Source: an uncultured Verrucomicrobiae bacterium
Lineage (GTDB): Bacteria; Verrucomicrobiota; Verrucomicrobiia; Chthoniobacterales; Chthoniobacteraceae
Assembly (NCBI GenBank): GCA_963769025.1
Contig: CAVYKI010000003.1
Span: forward strand, 256,001 to 320,000
Length of the DNA: 64,000 nucleotides
Direction of reading: 5' to 3'
Position numbers and translations under genes: made by a program. Every line of letters starts with the position of its first letter. Position 1 is the stretch's first letter. This document shows positions 50,043-60,361 of this stretch, in pieces. The notes beneath the pieces were generated by a model, which saw nothing but the letters and a program-made list of their open reading frames with translations, was not told where the DNA came from and did no database searches.

Positions 50043-52140
50043 GCCCCGGCGCGCGTCGGTCGCGTTGGCGCTGGCGTTTGCCTGCCTGCTGCCCGCGTTG
50101 CAGGCCGCGGAACCGGCGAACACTCCGCGCGCGAACCGGCAGCTTGCGGATTACTTCTCCCGCGCAGTCACTCGGATCGAAAGTCTTCCGCTCGCCGAGC
50201 CGGCTTCTGCCGAGCAGTGGGAGACGACGCGCACCGCGATGCGGCGGCAGCTCGCGGAGATGCTCGGCCTGGACCCGATGCCGGAGCGCACGCCGCTGAA
50301 GGTGGAGAAAACGGGCGAGGTGCGCGGCGAAGGCTTCACCGTGGAGAACCTGCACTACCAGTCGCTGCCGGGGCTCTACGTGACGGCAAATCTTTACCGC
50401 CCGGAAAAATCCGAAGGCCGGCTGCCCGCGATCCTCTACGTCTGCGGCCACAGCAACGTGATGAAGGACGGCGTGAGCCTCGGCAACAAGACGGGCTACC
50501 AGCACCACGGCGAATGGTTTGCGCGGCACGGCTACGTGTGCCTCGTCATCGACACCGTGCAGCTCGGCGAGATCCGAGGCGATCACCACGGCACGTATTC
50601 GAAAGGACGCTGGTGGTGGTTTTCGCGCGGCTACACGCCCGCGGGCGCCGAGGCGTGGAACGGCATCCGCGGGCTCGACTACCTCGTATCGCGTCCCGAC
50701 GTGGATCCCGAGCGGCTCGGCGTGACGGGCCGCAGCGGCGGCGGCGCCTATTCGTGGTGGATCGCCGCGCTCGATGACCGCGTGAAGGTCGCCGCGCCGA
50801 CCGCGGGCATCACGACGCTGCACAACCACGTGGTGGACGGCGCGGTCGAGGGACACTGCGACTGCATGTTCATGGTGAACACGTATCGCTGGGACTACGA
50901 CCGGGTCGCCGCGCTCGTCGCGCCGCGCGCACTGCTGATTTCCAACACGGACAAGGACTCCATCTTCCCGCTCGATGGCGTGGTCTCCATCTACAACAGC
51001 ACGCGCCGCATTTACCGCGCGCTCGGCGCGGAGGCAAAAATCGGGCTCCAGATCGCCGAGGGGCCGCACAAGGACACGCAGCCGCTGAACGCGGGCGCGT
51101 TCCACTGGTTCGAGCGCTGGCTCAAAGGCGCGGACCCGATGGCGGTGCTCGACGAGGGCGCGACCAAGCGCCTCCAGCCGGAGCAGCTCCGCGTCTTCAC
51201 GAAGCTGCCCGACGACGAAAGGAACACGTCCATCGACACGGAATTCGTCCCTGCGGCACGCTCGCCCGCGGCACCCGCCGACGGAGCGGCGTGGGGGAAG
51301 CTCCGCGACTCGTGGATGAAGGCGCTGCGCGAGAAAAGCTTCGCCGCATGGCCGGCCAGTCCCGCCGACCTGAACCTCCGCGACGCCGGCACCGCCGAGC
51401 ATGATGGCGTGGTCCTGCGCGCGTGGGATTTCACCCCGCAGGCGCCGTGGACGCTGCGGCTCTACATCGCGCACCCCGCCAAGATGAAGCCCGAGGACCT
51501 CGACCTCGTGGCGCTCAATGTCCTCGACGAAAATGCGTGGCAGGACTTCCGGCACATGATGGCCGGGCATTTCCCGAAACTCTTCCCGCCGTCCGAGCGG
51601 ACGGGGGCAGACGGGCAGGGATTCGCCGACGAGAAGAAGATGTTCGAGGCCTCGAAATGGGCGATGGCCTACGTGTGCCCGCGCGGCATCGGCCCCACGG
51701 CGTGGACCGGCTCGGACAAGCAGCAGGCACACCGCCTCCGCCGCTTTTACCTGCTCGGCGAGACGCTCGACTCCATGCAGACTTGGGACATCCGCCGCGC
51801 CATCGCCGCATTGCGCGCGACGCCATTCGGCAGGCCCGCGCTCTGGCTGCAATCGCAGCAGACGATGGCCGGCAACACGCTCTACGCATCCCTCTTTGAA
51901 GATGGAATCGCGCGGCTCGACCTGCACCGGCTCCCGGCGTCGCACGAGATCGGGCCGGTCTATCTGAACGTCCTCAAGTACCTCGACATCCCGCAGGCCG
52001 CGGCGATGGCGGCGGAACGCACCCGCGTGCGGATCTACACGCCGCAGAAGTCCGCATGGACCTTCCCCGCGCAGGTCGCGGAAAAGCTCGACTGGAAAAA
52101 GGCCTTCGAGCTGCGCGACCCCCTCGCCCCGCCGCAGTAA
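50011..52140 (+). CDS. Secreted alpha/beta hydrolase (acetylxylan-esterase-like)
   Basis: VCGH, GVTGRSGGG nucleophile elbow, APRALLI; start uncertain. Confidence 0.8.
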   Translation: MSSNTSPTGSRPRRASVALALAFACLLPALQAAEPANTPRANRQLADYFSRAVTRIESLPLAEPASAEQWETTRTAMRRQLAEMLGLDPMPERTPLKVEKTGEVRGEGFTVENLHYQSLPGLYVTANLYRPEKSEGRLPAILYVCGHSNVMKDGVSLGNKTGYQHHGEWFARHGYVCLVIDTVQLGEIRGDHHGTYSKGRWWWFSRGYTPAGAEAWNGIRGLDYLVSRPDVDPERLGVTGRSGGGAYSWWIAALDDRVKVAAPTAGITTLHNHVVDGAVEGHCDCMFMVNTYRWDYDRVAALVAPRALLISNTDKDSIFPLDGVVSIYNSTRRIYRALGAEAKIGLQIAEGPHKDTQPLNAGAFHWFERWLKGADPMAVLDEGATKRLQPEQLRVFTKLPDDERNTSIDTEFVPAARSPAAPADGAAWGKLRDSWMKALREKSFAAWPASPADLNLRDAGTAEHDGVVLRAWDFTPQAPWTLRLYIAHPAKMKPEDLDLVALNVLDENAWQDFRHMMAGHFPKLFPPSERTGADGQGFADEKKMFEASKWAMAYVCPRGIGPTAWTGSDKQQAHRLRRFYLLGETLDSMQTWDIRRAIAALRATPFGRPALWLQSQQTMAGNTLYASLFEDGIARLDLHRLPASHEIGPVYLNVLKYLDIPQAAAMAAERTRVRIYTPQKSAWTFPAQVAEKLDWKKAFELRDPLAPPQ

Positions 52141-52539
52141 GAAAACTCCGCCCCGAAGGCGGCAAATCGGAAGCCGGAAGCACCCGCCGTCACACGCGCA
52201 TCCGTTCCCTACGCGTGCTCAGGCGACGGCCCTTCTAGTTGGACTTCTTCTTCTCCAAGTCAGTGAGCCGCTGACGCAACTCTCGCAATTCCCGTTGCAT
52301 CTGCGCTGCGCACCTTCCCCCGAAGAACCAAACCAACCACCAAACAGCCCCAACCAACCAAGAACTCTCATAGCGAGTGGATCAAGAACCGGGGGCAGGC
52401 CAGGGGGTTCGCCGGCGAAATGACAACGACGGATGCCTCCCCGGCAATGAGCCGTCCGGCCAAACCCAAGCACCGACCCAACACAATCCACTCAGTTCAC
52501 CAAACTTCCATCTTGCCCCCTTTCATAGGGGTTAGGCCC

Positions 52540-53518
52540 CTATTCGCCATTGGCGGCACGAAGTTGCTGCGCGGCGGTCAGATAGTAGTTCCGGCCGGTG
52601 GCAGTCACCAAATGTTCAGCGAGCACTTCAAGGGCATCTGCCTTGAGCAACTTCGGCACCTTCGATTTCGGGTCGAGCGCAATCAAGTGGTCGCACAACT
52701 GGGCGCACCACTGAGCGTCCCCCGTCTTCAGAGCTTCGCGCGCACGATCTCCCAACTGCTCAACGCCGCCCGCGAGTTCCGCCATCCGCTTGGCTTCCTC
52801 CGCTGGGGGAAGCGAAAGAGATGCGTCGGGTTGCCGTCGAACCAGCCCAGAGTTCCCGCGAAGATGGATCGAACCGCCCATTCGACGTTCCCGTAGAATT
52901 CGCGGAGGTAATCCTGCGACGCGAGTTCCGGCGGCAGTTTCACCGAATGCACCAATTCGTCGGGCGTCATTCCCTTGTTCATCCCGGCAATCGTGGCGTC
53001 GAAGACATGGCGAATCGCTTTGATGTAGTTTCCCAGCACTTCCGTCGTCTCCGCCTCTCCGACGACGGGGAGAGTATGCCCCGGCACGGCGTGCATCGGC
53101 TTTTCAGCGAGCATCATTTCGAGGCTGCGAATCCACTCGAGCACATCGCGATAGGCGGCGCCTCGGATGGCATAGATGTTCGGCCATGAGCGATAGAAGT
53201 TGTCGCCGGTAAAGACGACTGGGTAAGGATGACTCCCGCCACTAGCAATTGGGTGACCTTGCGAAACTCCTTCATTACCGCCCGCGCGTGATCCGGAAAC
53301 ATCCCGGTATCCACGATCACAATGCCCTCGGTGCCGATGATCATTGAGATGTTCGCAGGGCTGTAGCCGGAGGCGCAATACACGGACTTGGATACCTGCG
53401 TGATGGTGGGGAGCAGAGCTTTCGAGCGCTCCTTGAGCAGCTTCGTCGCGACAGTTTCCTCGGAGCGGGATGCGAGGGACAGCGTGAGTAAGGCAACGGT
53501 GATTAAGATAAGTTTCAT
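52540..53518 (-). pseudogene. Alkyl/aryl sulfatase (BDS1/SdsA-like) remnant with internal deletion
   Basis: IVIVDTG...GVILT jumps directly to VFTGDNFY...NIYAIRG; VPGH, EFYG, GWFDGNP and RNYYL follow; HxHxDH segment missing. Confidence 0.7.
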
Positions 53519-54119
53519 GCTAGAATGGGGGGATGATGCTCAGTGGCCTTGTATCCCGCTTTCATGCCGGAAACGAGATGTCAGAGCGGGGCGATTTCGG
53601 GGACGGTGGGAACGCTTTCGGGAGGCTACAGATACCTGAGGTCACCGCGGCAGCAGCCCCGCCGCGACACTGTTCGTTGGATCGGTCCCCCGGCTTCTTT
53701 GTCCACGCCGGAGAGTATCTGAGGCCACCGCGGCGTTGCTGCTGCGGCGAGCCCGCATTGACAAGGTCGGTCGAGGACATCTGCACGGAGTCGGGTTCGC
53801 GAAGGCTGCACACTAAACCCAAATCCACCGCATGAAACAACCCGTAAAACCGCTTCCGAAATCATGCGAACGGGGGGCCGCGATGGACACGCCTTTCACC
53901 AATGACCCGCCGACGCTCGCGGACATCGAACTGCTGGCGGCGCTGCGGAGGTAGGGGATCCGCCGAGGTAGGGCGGCTTCGCGGAAGCCGCCGATGTCGA
54001 GAGGTGGAGGCGTGCGGCACGGAGGCTGAACTTGAGGAAGTGGGCTCTTTCGGCGAAAGCGCCCTGCCTTGGGCACGTTCGTGCTTTGCGGGGCGGCGGT
54101 TTTGCGGCAACGGGGATGG

Positions 54120-54899
54120 GTGAACCGCCGATCGCTCCTCCTGCTGCTGCCGATGTTGCTTTTCGCCGCGTGCGAAAAATCCGGCCCCGCGCCGCTGCGC
54201 GTGGGGATGGACATGAGCTATCCGCCCTTCGAGATGCGTGACACGAAGGGCGAGCCGGCGGGCGTGAGCGTGGACCTCGCACGGGCGCTGGGCGAATACC
54301 TCGGGCGGCCGGTGGTGTTTGAAAACATGCCGTTCAGCGGGCTGGTGGTGGCGCTGAAGACGGGGCGCATCGACACGATCATTTCATCGATGACCGCGAC
54401 GGAGGAGGGCGGGCGCAGCGTGGAATTTTCCGAGCCGTACGTGCGCACCGGGCTGTGCCTGCTCGTCGGCGCGAAGAGCGATGTGGGTGGCATCGGCGAC
54501 CTCGACGCGGAGGGGAAAAGGATCGCGGTGGTGCGCGGGACGACGGGGCAGCTCTGGGCGAAGGCGAATCTGAAAAAGGCGGCGGTGCTCGATCTCGAAA
54601 AGGAGACGGCGTGCGTGCTCGAGGTGACGCAGGGGAAGGCCGACGCATTCATCTACGACCAGATGTCCACGTTGCGAAACTGGGAGGCGAATCCCGACAC
54701 GACGCGGGCGCTGCTGAAGCCGTTCCGCGAGGAGGCGTGGGCCGTCGCGATGCAGAAGGGCAACGTGGAGCTGAAGGCGAAGGTGGACGCGTTCATCGCG
54801 AAGTTCCGCGCCGACGGGGGCTTTGAGCGGCTCGGCGAAAAGTGGCTGAAGGAGCAGCGCGCGACCTTTGCGAGGCTCGGGGTGCCGTTTGTGTTTTAG
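54120..54899 (+). CDS. Amino-acid ABC transporter substrate-binding lipoprotein
   Basis: Lipobox FAAC, YPPFE, SSMT, FSEPY and GTTG. Confidence 0.88.
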   Translation: MNRRSLLLLLPMLLFAACEKSGPAPLRVGMDMSYPPFEMRDTKGEPAGVSVDLARALGEYLGRPVVFENMPFSGLVVALKTGRIDTIISSMTATEEGGRSVEFSEPYVRTGLCLLVGAKSDVGGIGDLDAEGKRIAVVRGTTGQLWAKANLKKAAVLDLEKETACVLEVTQGKADAFIYDQMSTLRNWEANPDTTRALLKPFREEAWAVAMQKGNVELKAKVDAFIAKFRADGGFERLGEKWLKEQRATFARLGVPFVF

Positions 54900-55792
54900 C
54901 GGTCTGCCTGGAAGTCGCTGAGCAGGATTTCGAGCGGCTCCGGAGTCACGGAGAGATCCAGCCATTCGAGGCCGCGCTCCTTGCGGAACCAGGTGAGCTG
55001 GCGGCGCGCGTACTGGCGCGTGGACTGGCGGATGGCTTCCTGGCATTCGTCGCGCGTCAGCTTTCCTGCGAGGTGCGCGCGGATCTCGGCGAGGCCGAGC
55101 ATCTGCGCGGCGGTGGGGCCGGTTTCGCCGATGGCGGCGACTTCGTCGATCACGCCTGCGGCGAACATGGCTGCGGTGCGCGCGTGGATGGCCGCGTGCA
55201 GTTCGTCACGCGACCGCGTGAGGACGAAGCCGCGCGGGGCGACGTCACCGGACCATTCGGTGCGGAAGCTGGAAAACGGGCGGCCGGTGAGCAGGCAGAC
55301 TTCGAGCGCACGGATGACGCGGCGAGGATTCCGCATGTCCACGGTGCTCGCGGGATCGAGCGAAAGCAGCCGCGCGACGAGCGCGGGAAGCGGTTCCTTT
55401 TCGAGCGAAGCGCGCAATTCCGCATCGGCGCCGGGCAGCGGCGCGAGGCCGTGCGTGAGCGCGCGGATGTAGAGCCCGGTGCCGCCGCAGACGACGGGCA
55501 CGCGGCCGCGCGCGGAGATCTGCGCGATGCATTCGCGGGCGCGGGCGAGCCACTGCGCGACATCGAAGGCCGCGGTGAGCGGCACCTCGCCGATGAGGTG
55601 ATGCGGGACGCGGGCGCGCAATTCCGGCGGCGGCTTTGCGCTGAGCAGATCGAGCCCGGCGTAAACCTGGAATGCATCGGCACCGACGATCTCGCCGCCG
55701 ATCCGCTCCGCGAACTCGACGGCGATCCGGCTTTTCCCGACGGCAGTCGGGCCGGGCAGGAAGAATGGGGCGTGGGTGTTATCCGCAGGCAC
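54896..55792 (-). CDS. miaA: tRNA dimethylallyltransferase
   Basis: GPTAVGKS, DAFQVY, PHHLI, GGTGLY and YARRQLTW. Confidence 0.95.
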   Translation of the reverse strand: MPADNTHAPFFLPGPTAVGKSRIAVEFAERIGGEIVGADAFQVYAGLDLLSAKPPPELRARVPHHLIGEVPLTAAFDVAQWLARARECIAQISARGRVPVVCGGTGLYIRALTHGLAPLPGADAELRASLEKEPLPALVARLLSLDPASTVDMRNPRRVIRALEVCLLTGRPFSSFRTEWSGDVAPRGFVLTRSRDELHAAIHARTAAMFAAGVIDEVAAIGETGPTAAQMLGLAEIRAHLAGKLTRDECQEAIRQSTRQYARRQLTWFRKERGLEWLDLSVTPEPLEILLSDFQADR

Positions 55793-55857
55793 ATGTCCCT
55801 CTCGCGGGAAAGGCGGCGCATTTCAACCACGGAGCGGAGCCGCGGCGGAATCCGTAC

Positions 55858-55899
55858 AAAAAGAAACGGGAGCCCCGCAGGTCGCAGGGCTCCCGTTTT
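55858..55899 (-). terminator. Intrinsic (probably bidirectional) terminator after the RRM gene
   Basis: aaacgggagccc...gggctcccgttt stem with a T-tract on the minus strand. Confidence 0.8.
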
Positions 55900-55921
55900 G
55901 AAGAATCGCGATGCAGGCCGG

Positions 55922-56458
55922 CTACACGCGCGGGTCGCGCACGCCGTCGGAGCGGGAGCCGGTCACGACGAGCTTGCGGCCCATGAAGTCCTTGTCGTGC
56001 AGCGTATCGACGGCGCGGACGGCTTCGTCCACGGTCGTCATCGTGACGAAGCCGAAGCCTTTCGAACGATAGGTGTCCTTGTGCGTGACGATTTCGGCGT
56101 TCTGGACCTTGCCGACGCCGTTGAAGAGCTCGGACAGATCGCTCTCGGTGGCTTCGTAGTTGAGGTTGCCGACGTAGAGCTTCGGCGAGGTGACCTCGAC
56201 GCGCTCCGGCGGGCTGGCGCGCCGGCGATCGCCCTGCGGCCGATCCGCCTGCGAACGGGTCTGCTCAGAACGGGCCGGGGCCTTGGTTTTCTTCGCCGGT
56301 CCGGCTCCGAAAAAGGCGAGGATCTTGTGCCAGAACGAAACTTTCTTCGGCTGCTCGGGGCGTTGGTCGCGCCGGTTTTCTGAATCGCGGTATTGGGGGC
56401 GGCGGCGTCCGCCGTTGTTGCGGCGGGGGCCACGGGCCCGTGTGTCGTTGGATTTCAT
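55922..56458 (-). CDS. RRM-domain RNA-binding protein with Arg-rich N-terminus
   Basis: RNP2 LYVGNL and RNP1 KGFGFV. Confidence 0.9.
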   Translation of the reverse strand: MKSNDTRARGPRRNNGGRRRPQYRDSENRRDQRPEQPKKVSFWHKILAFFGAGPAKKTKAPARSEQTRSQADRPQGDRRRASPPERVEVTSPKLYVGNLNYEATESDLSELFNGVGKVQNAEIVTHKDTYRSKGFGFVTMTTVDEAVRAVDTLHDKDFMGRKLVVTGSRSDGVRDPRV

Positions 56459-56871
56459 GCGTTGCGTGATGAGTTGATGTTGAGTGACAGAAACCGCCGG
56501 CCGTTCCCTCGCGGGAATGGCAACCGGCGGTTTCGCGGCGCACGCAGATGGCAAGGAGGACAGCGACATTTTCCAAAATCCGACCCGACACCGAGGAAGC
56601 GAACGCCTGCACCGATGAGAGGCTCCGCTGAAGAGAATTCAGTAGATGAAGGAAGAGAACCGGCATCGTGAGTCGGAGTTTTGGGGAAATGAACGCGGGC
56701 TTGCCACCCGGCGCGCCGCAGCACCCTTACCCGCATCCTTGCACGCCGCAAGGGTTGAATCCGGCACGACGCGAGCGCTTCCGGTCCGTAAGCGAAAGTG
56801 CGCGGGACACCGGAGGCATCCCGCGCACTGGAGAATCGATGCACGCCGCGGGGCGCGCCGATGAACGCCAC

Positions 56872-57171
56872 TTACTTGTTCTTCTTCTTTTTCCTGCCCT
56901 TTTTCCCGCCCGCCGCGGCAATTTCCTCGTCGGAGAGTGAGTTGTCGCCGCTGGCGTCGAGCGCCTTCGCCGCGGGAACGCCGGAGGCAAAGTCCTTCTT
57001 CAGGGCATCAATTTCGGTGCCGTCGATCTTGCCGTTGCCGTCCTTGTCATACTGCGCGAGGGCTGCCGCCCCAGCCTTCTTGTTGCCTTTGCCGGGCTTC
57101 TTGGCTTCTGCAGGGAGGGTGAAGGTGGCGCCGATGGCCGCGATGGTGAGGATCGTGAGGATTCGTTTCAT
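56872..57171 (-). CDS. Small secreted EF-hand protein
   Basis: Signal peptide; DKDGNGKIDGTE and DASGDNSLSDEE. Confidence 0.8.
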   Translation of the reverse strand: MKRILTILTIAAIGATFTLPAEAKKPGKGNKKAGAAALAQYDKDGNGKIDGTEIDALKKDFASGVPAAKALDASGDNSLSDEEIAAAGGKKGRKKKKNK

Positions 57172-57449
57172 GGGTTTGCTTGAGGTTTGTTGTTGATGGG
57201 GAAATCGCGACATCTCACCCTCACTGACGGAAGGGATGGGGCGACTCGTTCCGGGGTGTCATAGCACGCGCCGCTTCGGCTGGGACACCAAACGGCAACG
57301 AGGCTGGACAAAAAAGCGGCGGCAGTCTCGCGAGCGGCCCTTGCGCACGACAGCCCTCCCTTTCCATGCCGGCGCCGGGAGAAAGTTGACAAAGCTGTTG
57401 ACACCCCGGAGCCCCACTGAGATAGGAAAATCGTTCCCACAATCACGCC

Positions 57450-58178
57450 ATGGCCGACGAAAATCCCGCACCATCCCAGGACCCGAACGAGGAAGCCGAC
57501 AAGAAGGAAACGATCCGTATCACGCTTCCGTCGAAAACGGAAAGCCCCGTCGCCAAGCGCGAGACGGTCCGGATCAACATTCCCGAAACCACGGTCACTC
57601 CGAAGAAGGAAACCTCCAAGGTCACCGTCCCCACCTCCGGCGCAGTCCCGCCGCCGCCCATGTCCCGCCCTTCGGCCCCGCCCGCACCGCCACCACTTTC
57701 CAAACCCATCAGCGGCATGACCCCACCCCCAAAACCCCCACCACTCTCCGGCAAGCCGACCGTCCCGCTGAAACCCGCGCCGTCCGGCATCGTTCCGCCG
57801 GCGGCACCGGGAGGTTCCGGCATCGTCGCAAAGCCCGCATCGCCGAAGAAGGAAACCGCGCGCATCAGCCTGCCGGGCGATGCACCGAAGAGTTCCGCCC
57901 CGGCGTTGCCGAAAGCCACGGTCAAAATGCAGCAGACCCAGCCGCTGATGAAAACGCAGCCACCACCGGCGAGCGGCATCCAGCAGCAGTCCTCGGCTTC
58001 CGGCATCCGGAAGGCCGCCAGCCCTTCCAGCGTCGCACCGGTGATTTCCTCGTCCCCCGCGAAGTCGGACGCTCTCTCGGTGGTCTTGAGCATCCTCGCA
58101 CTAGGCGGCGCGATCGCCGCGGTCGCCTTCGCCTACCTCGTTTACCAGGCGGCAACGCTGCCGTCTTGGGTCCAATAG
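57450..58178 (+). CDS. Pro-rich disordered protein with repeated K(K/R)ETx(R/K)(I/V) motifs and a C-terminal TM anchor
   Basis: KKETIRI, KRETVRI, KKETSKV and KKETARI; hydrophobic tail. Confidence 0.75.
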   Translation: MADENPAPSQDPNEEADKKETIRITLPSKTESPVAKRETVRINIPETTVTPKKETSKVTVPTSGAVPPPPMSRPSAPPAPPPLSKPISGMTPPPKPPPLSGKPTVPLKPAPSGIVPPAAPGGSGIVAKPASPKKETARISLPGDAPKSSAPALPKATVKMQQTQPLMKTQPPPASGIQQQSSASGIRKAASPSSVAPVISSSPAKSDALSVVLSILALGGAIAAVAFAYLVYQAATLPSWVQ

Positions 58179-58197
58179 GACGCAACCCGATTTCACC

Positions 58198-58527
58198 ATG
58201 GCCAGCCAAAACGTACTCAACCTGTCGGATTCCAACTTCGAATCCGAACTCTCAAAGTCCACCCTTCCCGTCCTCGTGGATTTTTGGGCGCCTTGGTGCG
58301 GCCCGTGCATTCAGCTCGCACCGGTGATCGACGAAATCGCCGCCGAACGCGTCGGCAAAGCGCTCGTCGCAAAAGTCAACGTGGACGAGAGCCCTGCGCT
58401 CGCGGGAAAATTCCGCGTCAACTCCATCCCGGCCCTCCTTTTCTTCAAGGGCGGACAGCCGGTGGGCCAGTTGGTCGGACGGCAGCCAAAATCGGAGATT
58501 TTGGCAAAGCTCGACTCCATCGCATAG
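58198..58527 (+). CDS. trxA: Thioredoxin
   Basis: DFWAPWCGPC and SIPAL. Confidence 0.93.
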   Translation: MASQNVLNLSDSNFESELSKSTLPVLVDFWAPWCGPCIQLAPVIDEIAAERVGKALVAKVNVDESPALAGKFRVNSIPALLFFKGGQPVGQLVGRQPKSEILAKLDSIA

Positions 58528-58621
58528 TACCACGCCCGAGCCTGAAGGCTGCAGCGGTCCGTTACGGTGGATTTTGTAGCCCGGCGGGAACTGCCACAAA
58601 GCAACGCGCAACGTGATCGCG

Positions 58622-60358
58622 TCACGCCCCGGCGGTGCCGAAACCGCTCAACGCGGCCGAGCACCGTCCGAGCTTCGTCTCCAGTGCGCGCACGGAAGCC
58701 AGCGAAGGCTCCATCGTCTTCTTCTGCGCTTCGGAAAACGCCTCGATCGGCTGGAAGACCTGCCCGAGCTCCACGTAAAACCGCTTCACCGCATGCCGCA
58801 GGTGGTCTTCCACCGCCTGCACCATCGCCTCGCGCTTCTCGTTCATCTGCTGCCGGTACTCGCGAAGGATCTTCCGGCGCTTCGCCACCGCCACCAGCGT
58901 CCCCGTGAGCGCCCCTAGCCCGGCGATGGTCCCAGTGATGTCGAGGATCGTCGCCTTCGTCAGCGCCACCGCCACGACCGCGCCGATCCCGCCCGCCGCA
59001 AAAACTCCCGCCGGCACGCGCAGCCAGGTCGCCGTATCCGCGAATGCACTCTGCATGTGCCGCTGAAACTCCGCGCCATCCGTCCGCTCGACGAGCGTGA
59101 GGTCGATCCGGTCCAGCAGCTCCTTGCGCTGGTGCGCAAAGTCGGGCAGCAGCGGCAGCTCGCGCATGGAAAACGACCGCTGCATGAGCTCGTGCACCTG
59201 CTTCCAGACGCTCTTCAGATCCGCCTCGATGAGTTCCATCGACTCGCGAACGATCTTCGTCAGCGTCTCTCGCTGGCGGCTTTCGAGTTCCTCTTGGAAA
59301 AAACTTTCCCAGCCGCGCTTTCCGAAAATCAGCTTCACCGTGCCTGCGAACGTCAGCTTTTTCTTCAGTAGATCCTCGCCGCGCCTTTGCGTGCGCTCGG
59401 AGGCCTGCGCGATCGTCCACAGCACCCCGCCGACCTGCCGGAAACTCTGATCCTGGCGCTCCTCGAGCACGTGCTTGAGGTCGCGCAGCTTTTCGAGATC
59501 GGCATTCACTACATCCGCCGCCGCCGACACCTGCTGGCTGAAATCCGCCAGGATCACCTGCGCGCTGCGGCACACGCTGCCGAGCTTATCCGAGCGCGTC
59601 GAGCCGCTCGTGATGCTGCCGGAGACGTATTCCTCGAGCGCATCGAACCCGCTTTCGCGCCACAGTGCCCCGCGCGCAGCCACATCGTCGGTGTGCTTCG
59701 CAGTCCACGCCTGCTTTGCCGACACCGGGAAAATCGGGCAGCTCTCGCCGATCTTTTGCAGCATCGTCTGCTGCATGTGGGCGACGATGGATGCGACTTC
59801 CGCAGGCGAGCGCAGGTCCCGCTGCTGAAGGACGAAGACCACCTTCTTCAGCCACTTCCGGTGCAGGTGCTGGAGAAACTGCCACGCGGTCGCGCCCCAC
59901 GGATTCGTCGCTGAAAAGACGCACAGGCACAGATCCGCGAGCGGCAGGAACTGGCGCGTGATCGCCTCGTGCTCCGGCACGATCGTGTTCGTGCCCGGCG
60001 TGTCCACGATGTTGAACTCGTGCAGGAAGGGCGAGGTCCGGTAGCACTCGGTGAGCTGCGGCGACACAGGCACGTCGCGTTCCTCGTCCGCATGCTTGAA
60101 GACGTAGATTTTGTCCGTCGTCGGGAGCACGTCCACCTTGCAAAACTCCCGGCCAAACAGCGCGTTCAGGAGCGAGGACTTTCCGGCCTTCACCTCGCCG
60201 ACCACGACGAAAAGGAACGGCTCGCGCAGGCTCGTGCCGAGTTCGTTCAGCGTGCGGACTGTCTCCTGCGGCGCGCGCAGGTCATGCGCGAGCGTGCTCA
60301 GCGTGAAAAGCGCCGTCCCCAAATCCGCACGGGCCTGGAAAAAAGCGTCGCTGAGCAT
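58622..60358 (-). CDS. Bacterial dynamin-like GTPase
   Basis: GEVKAGKS, PTT, DTPG, helical stalk and paired hydrophobic paddle near the C-terminus. Confidence 0.85.
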   Translation of the reverse strand: MLSDAFFQARADLGTALFTLSTLAHDLRAPQETVRTLNELGTSLREPFLFVVVGEVKAGKSSLLNALFGREFCKVDVLPTTDKIYVFKHADEERDVPVSPQLTECYRTSPFLHEFNIVDTPGTNTIVPEHEAITRQFLPLADLCLCVFSATNPWGATAWQFLQHLHRKWLKKVVFVLQQRDLRSPAEVASIVAHMQQTMLQKIGESCPIFPVSAKQAWTAKHTDDVAARGALWRESGFDALEEYVSGSITSGSTRSDKLGSVCRSAQVILADFSQQVSAAADVVNADLEKLRDLKHVLEERQDQSFRQVGGVLWTIAQASERTQRRGEDLLKKKLTFAGTVKLIFGKRGWESFFQEELESRQRETLTKIVRESMELIEADLKSVWKQVHELMQRSFSMRELPLLPDFAHQRKELLDRIDLTLVERTDGAEFQRHMQSAFADTATWLRVPAGVFAAGGIGAVVAVALTKATILDITGTIAGLGALTGTLVAVAKRRKILREYRQQMNEKREAMVQAVEDHLRHAVKRFYVELGQVFQPIEAFSEAQKKTMEPSLASVRALETKLGRCSAALSGFGTAGA

Positions 60359-60361
60359 CTG

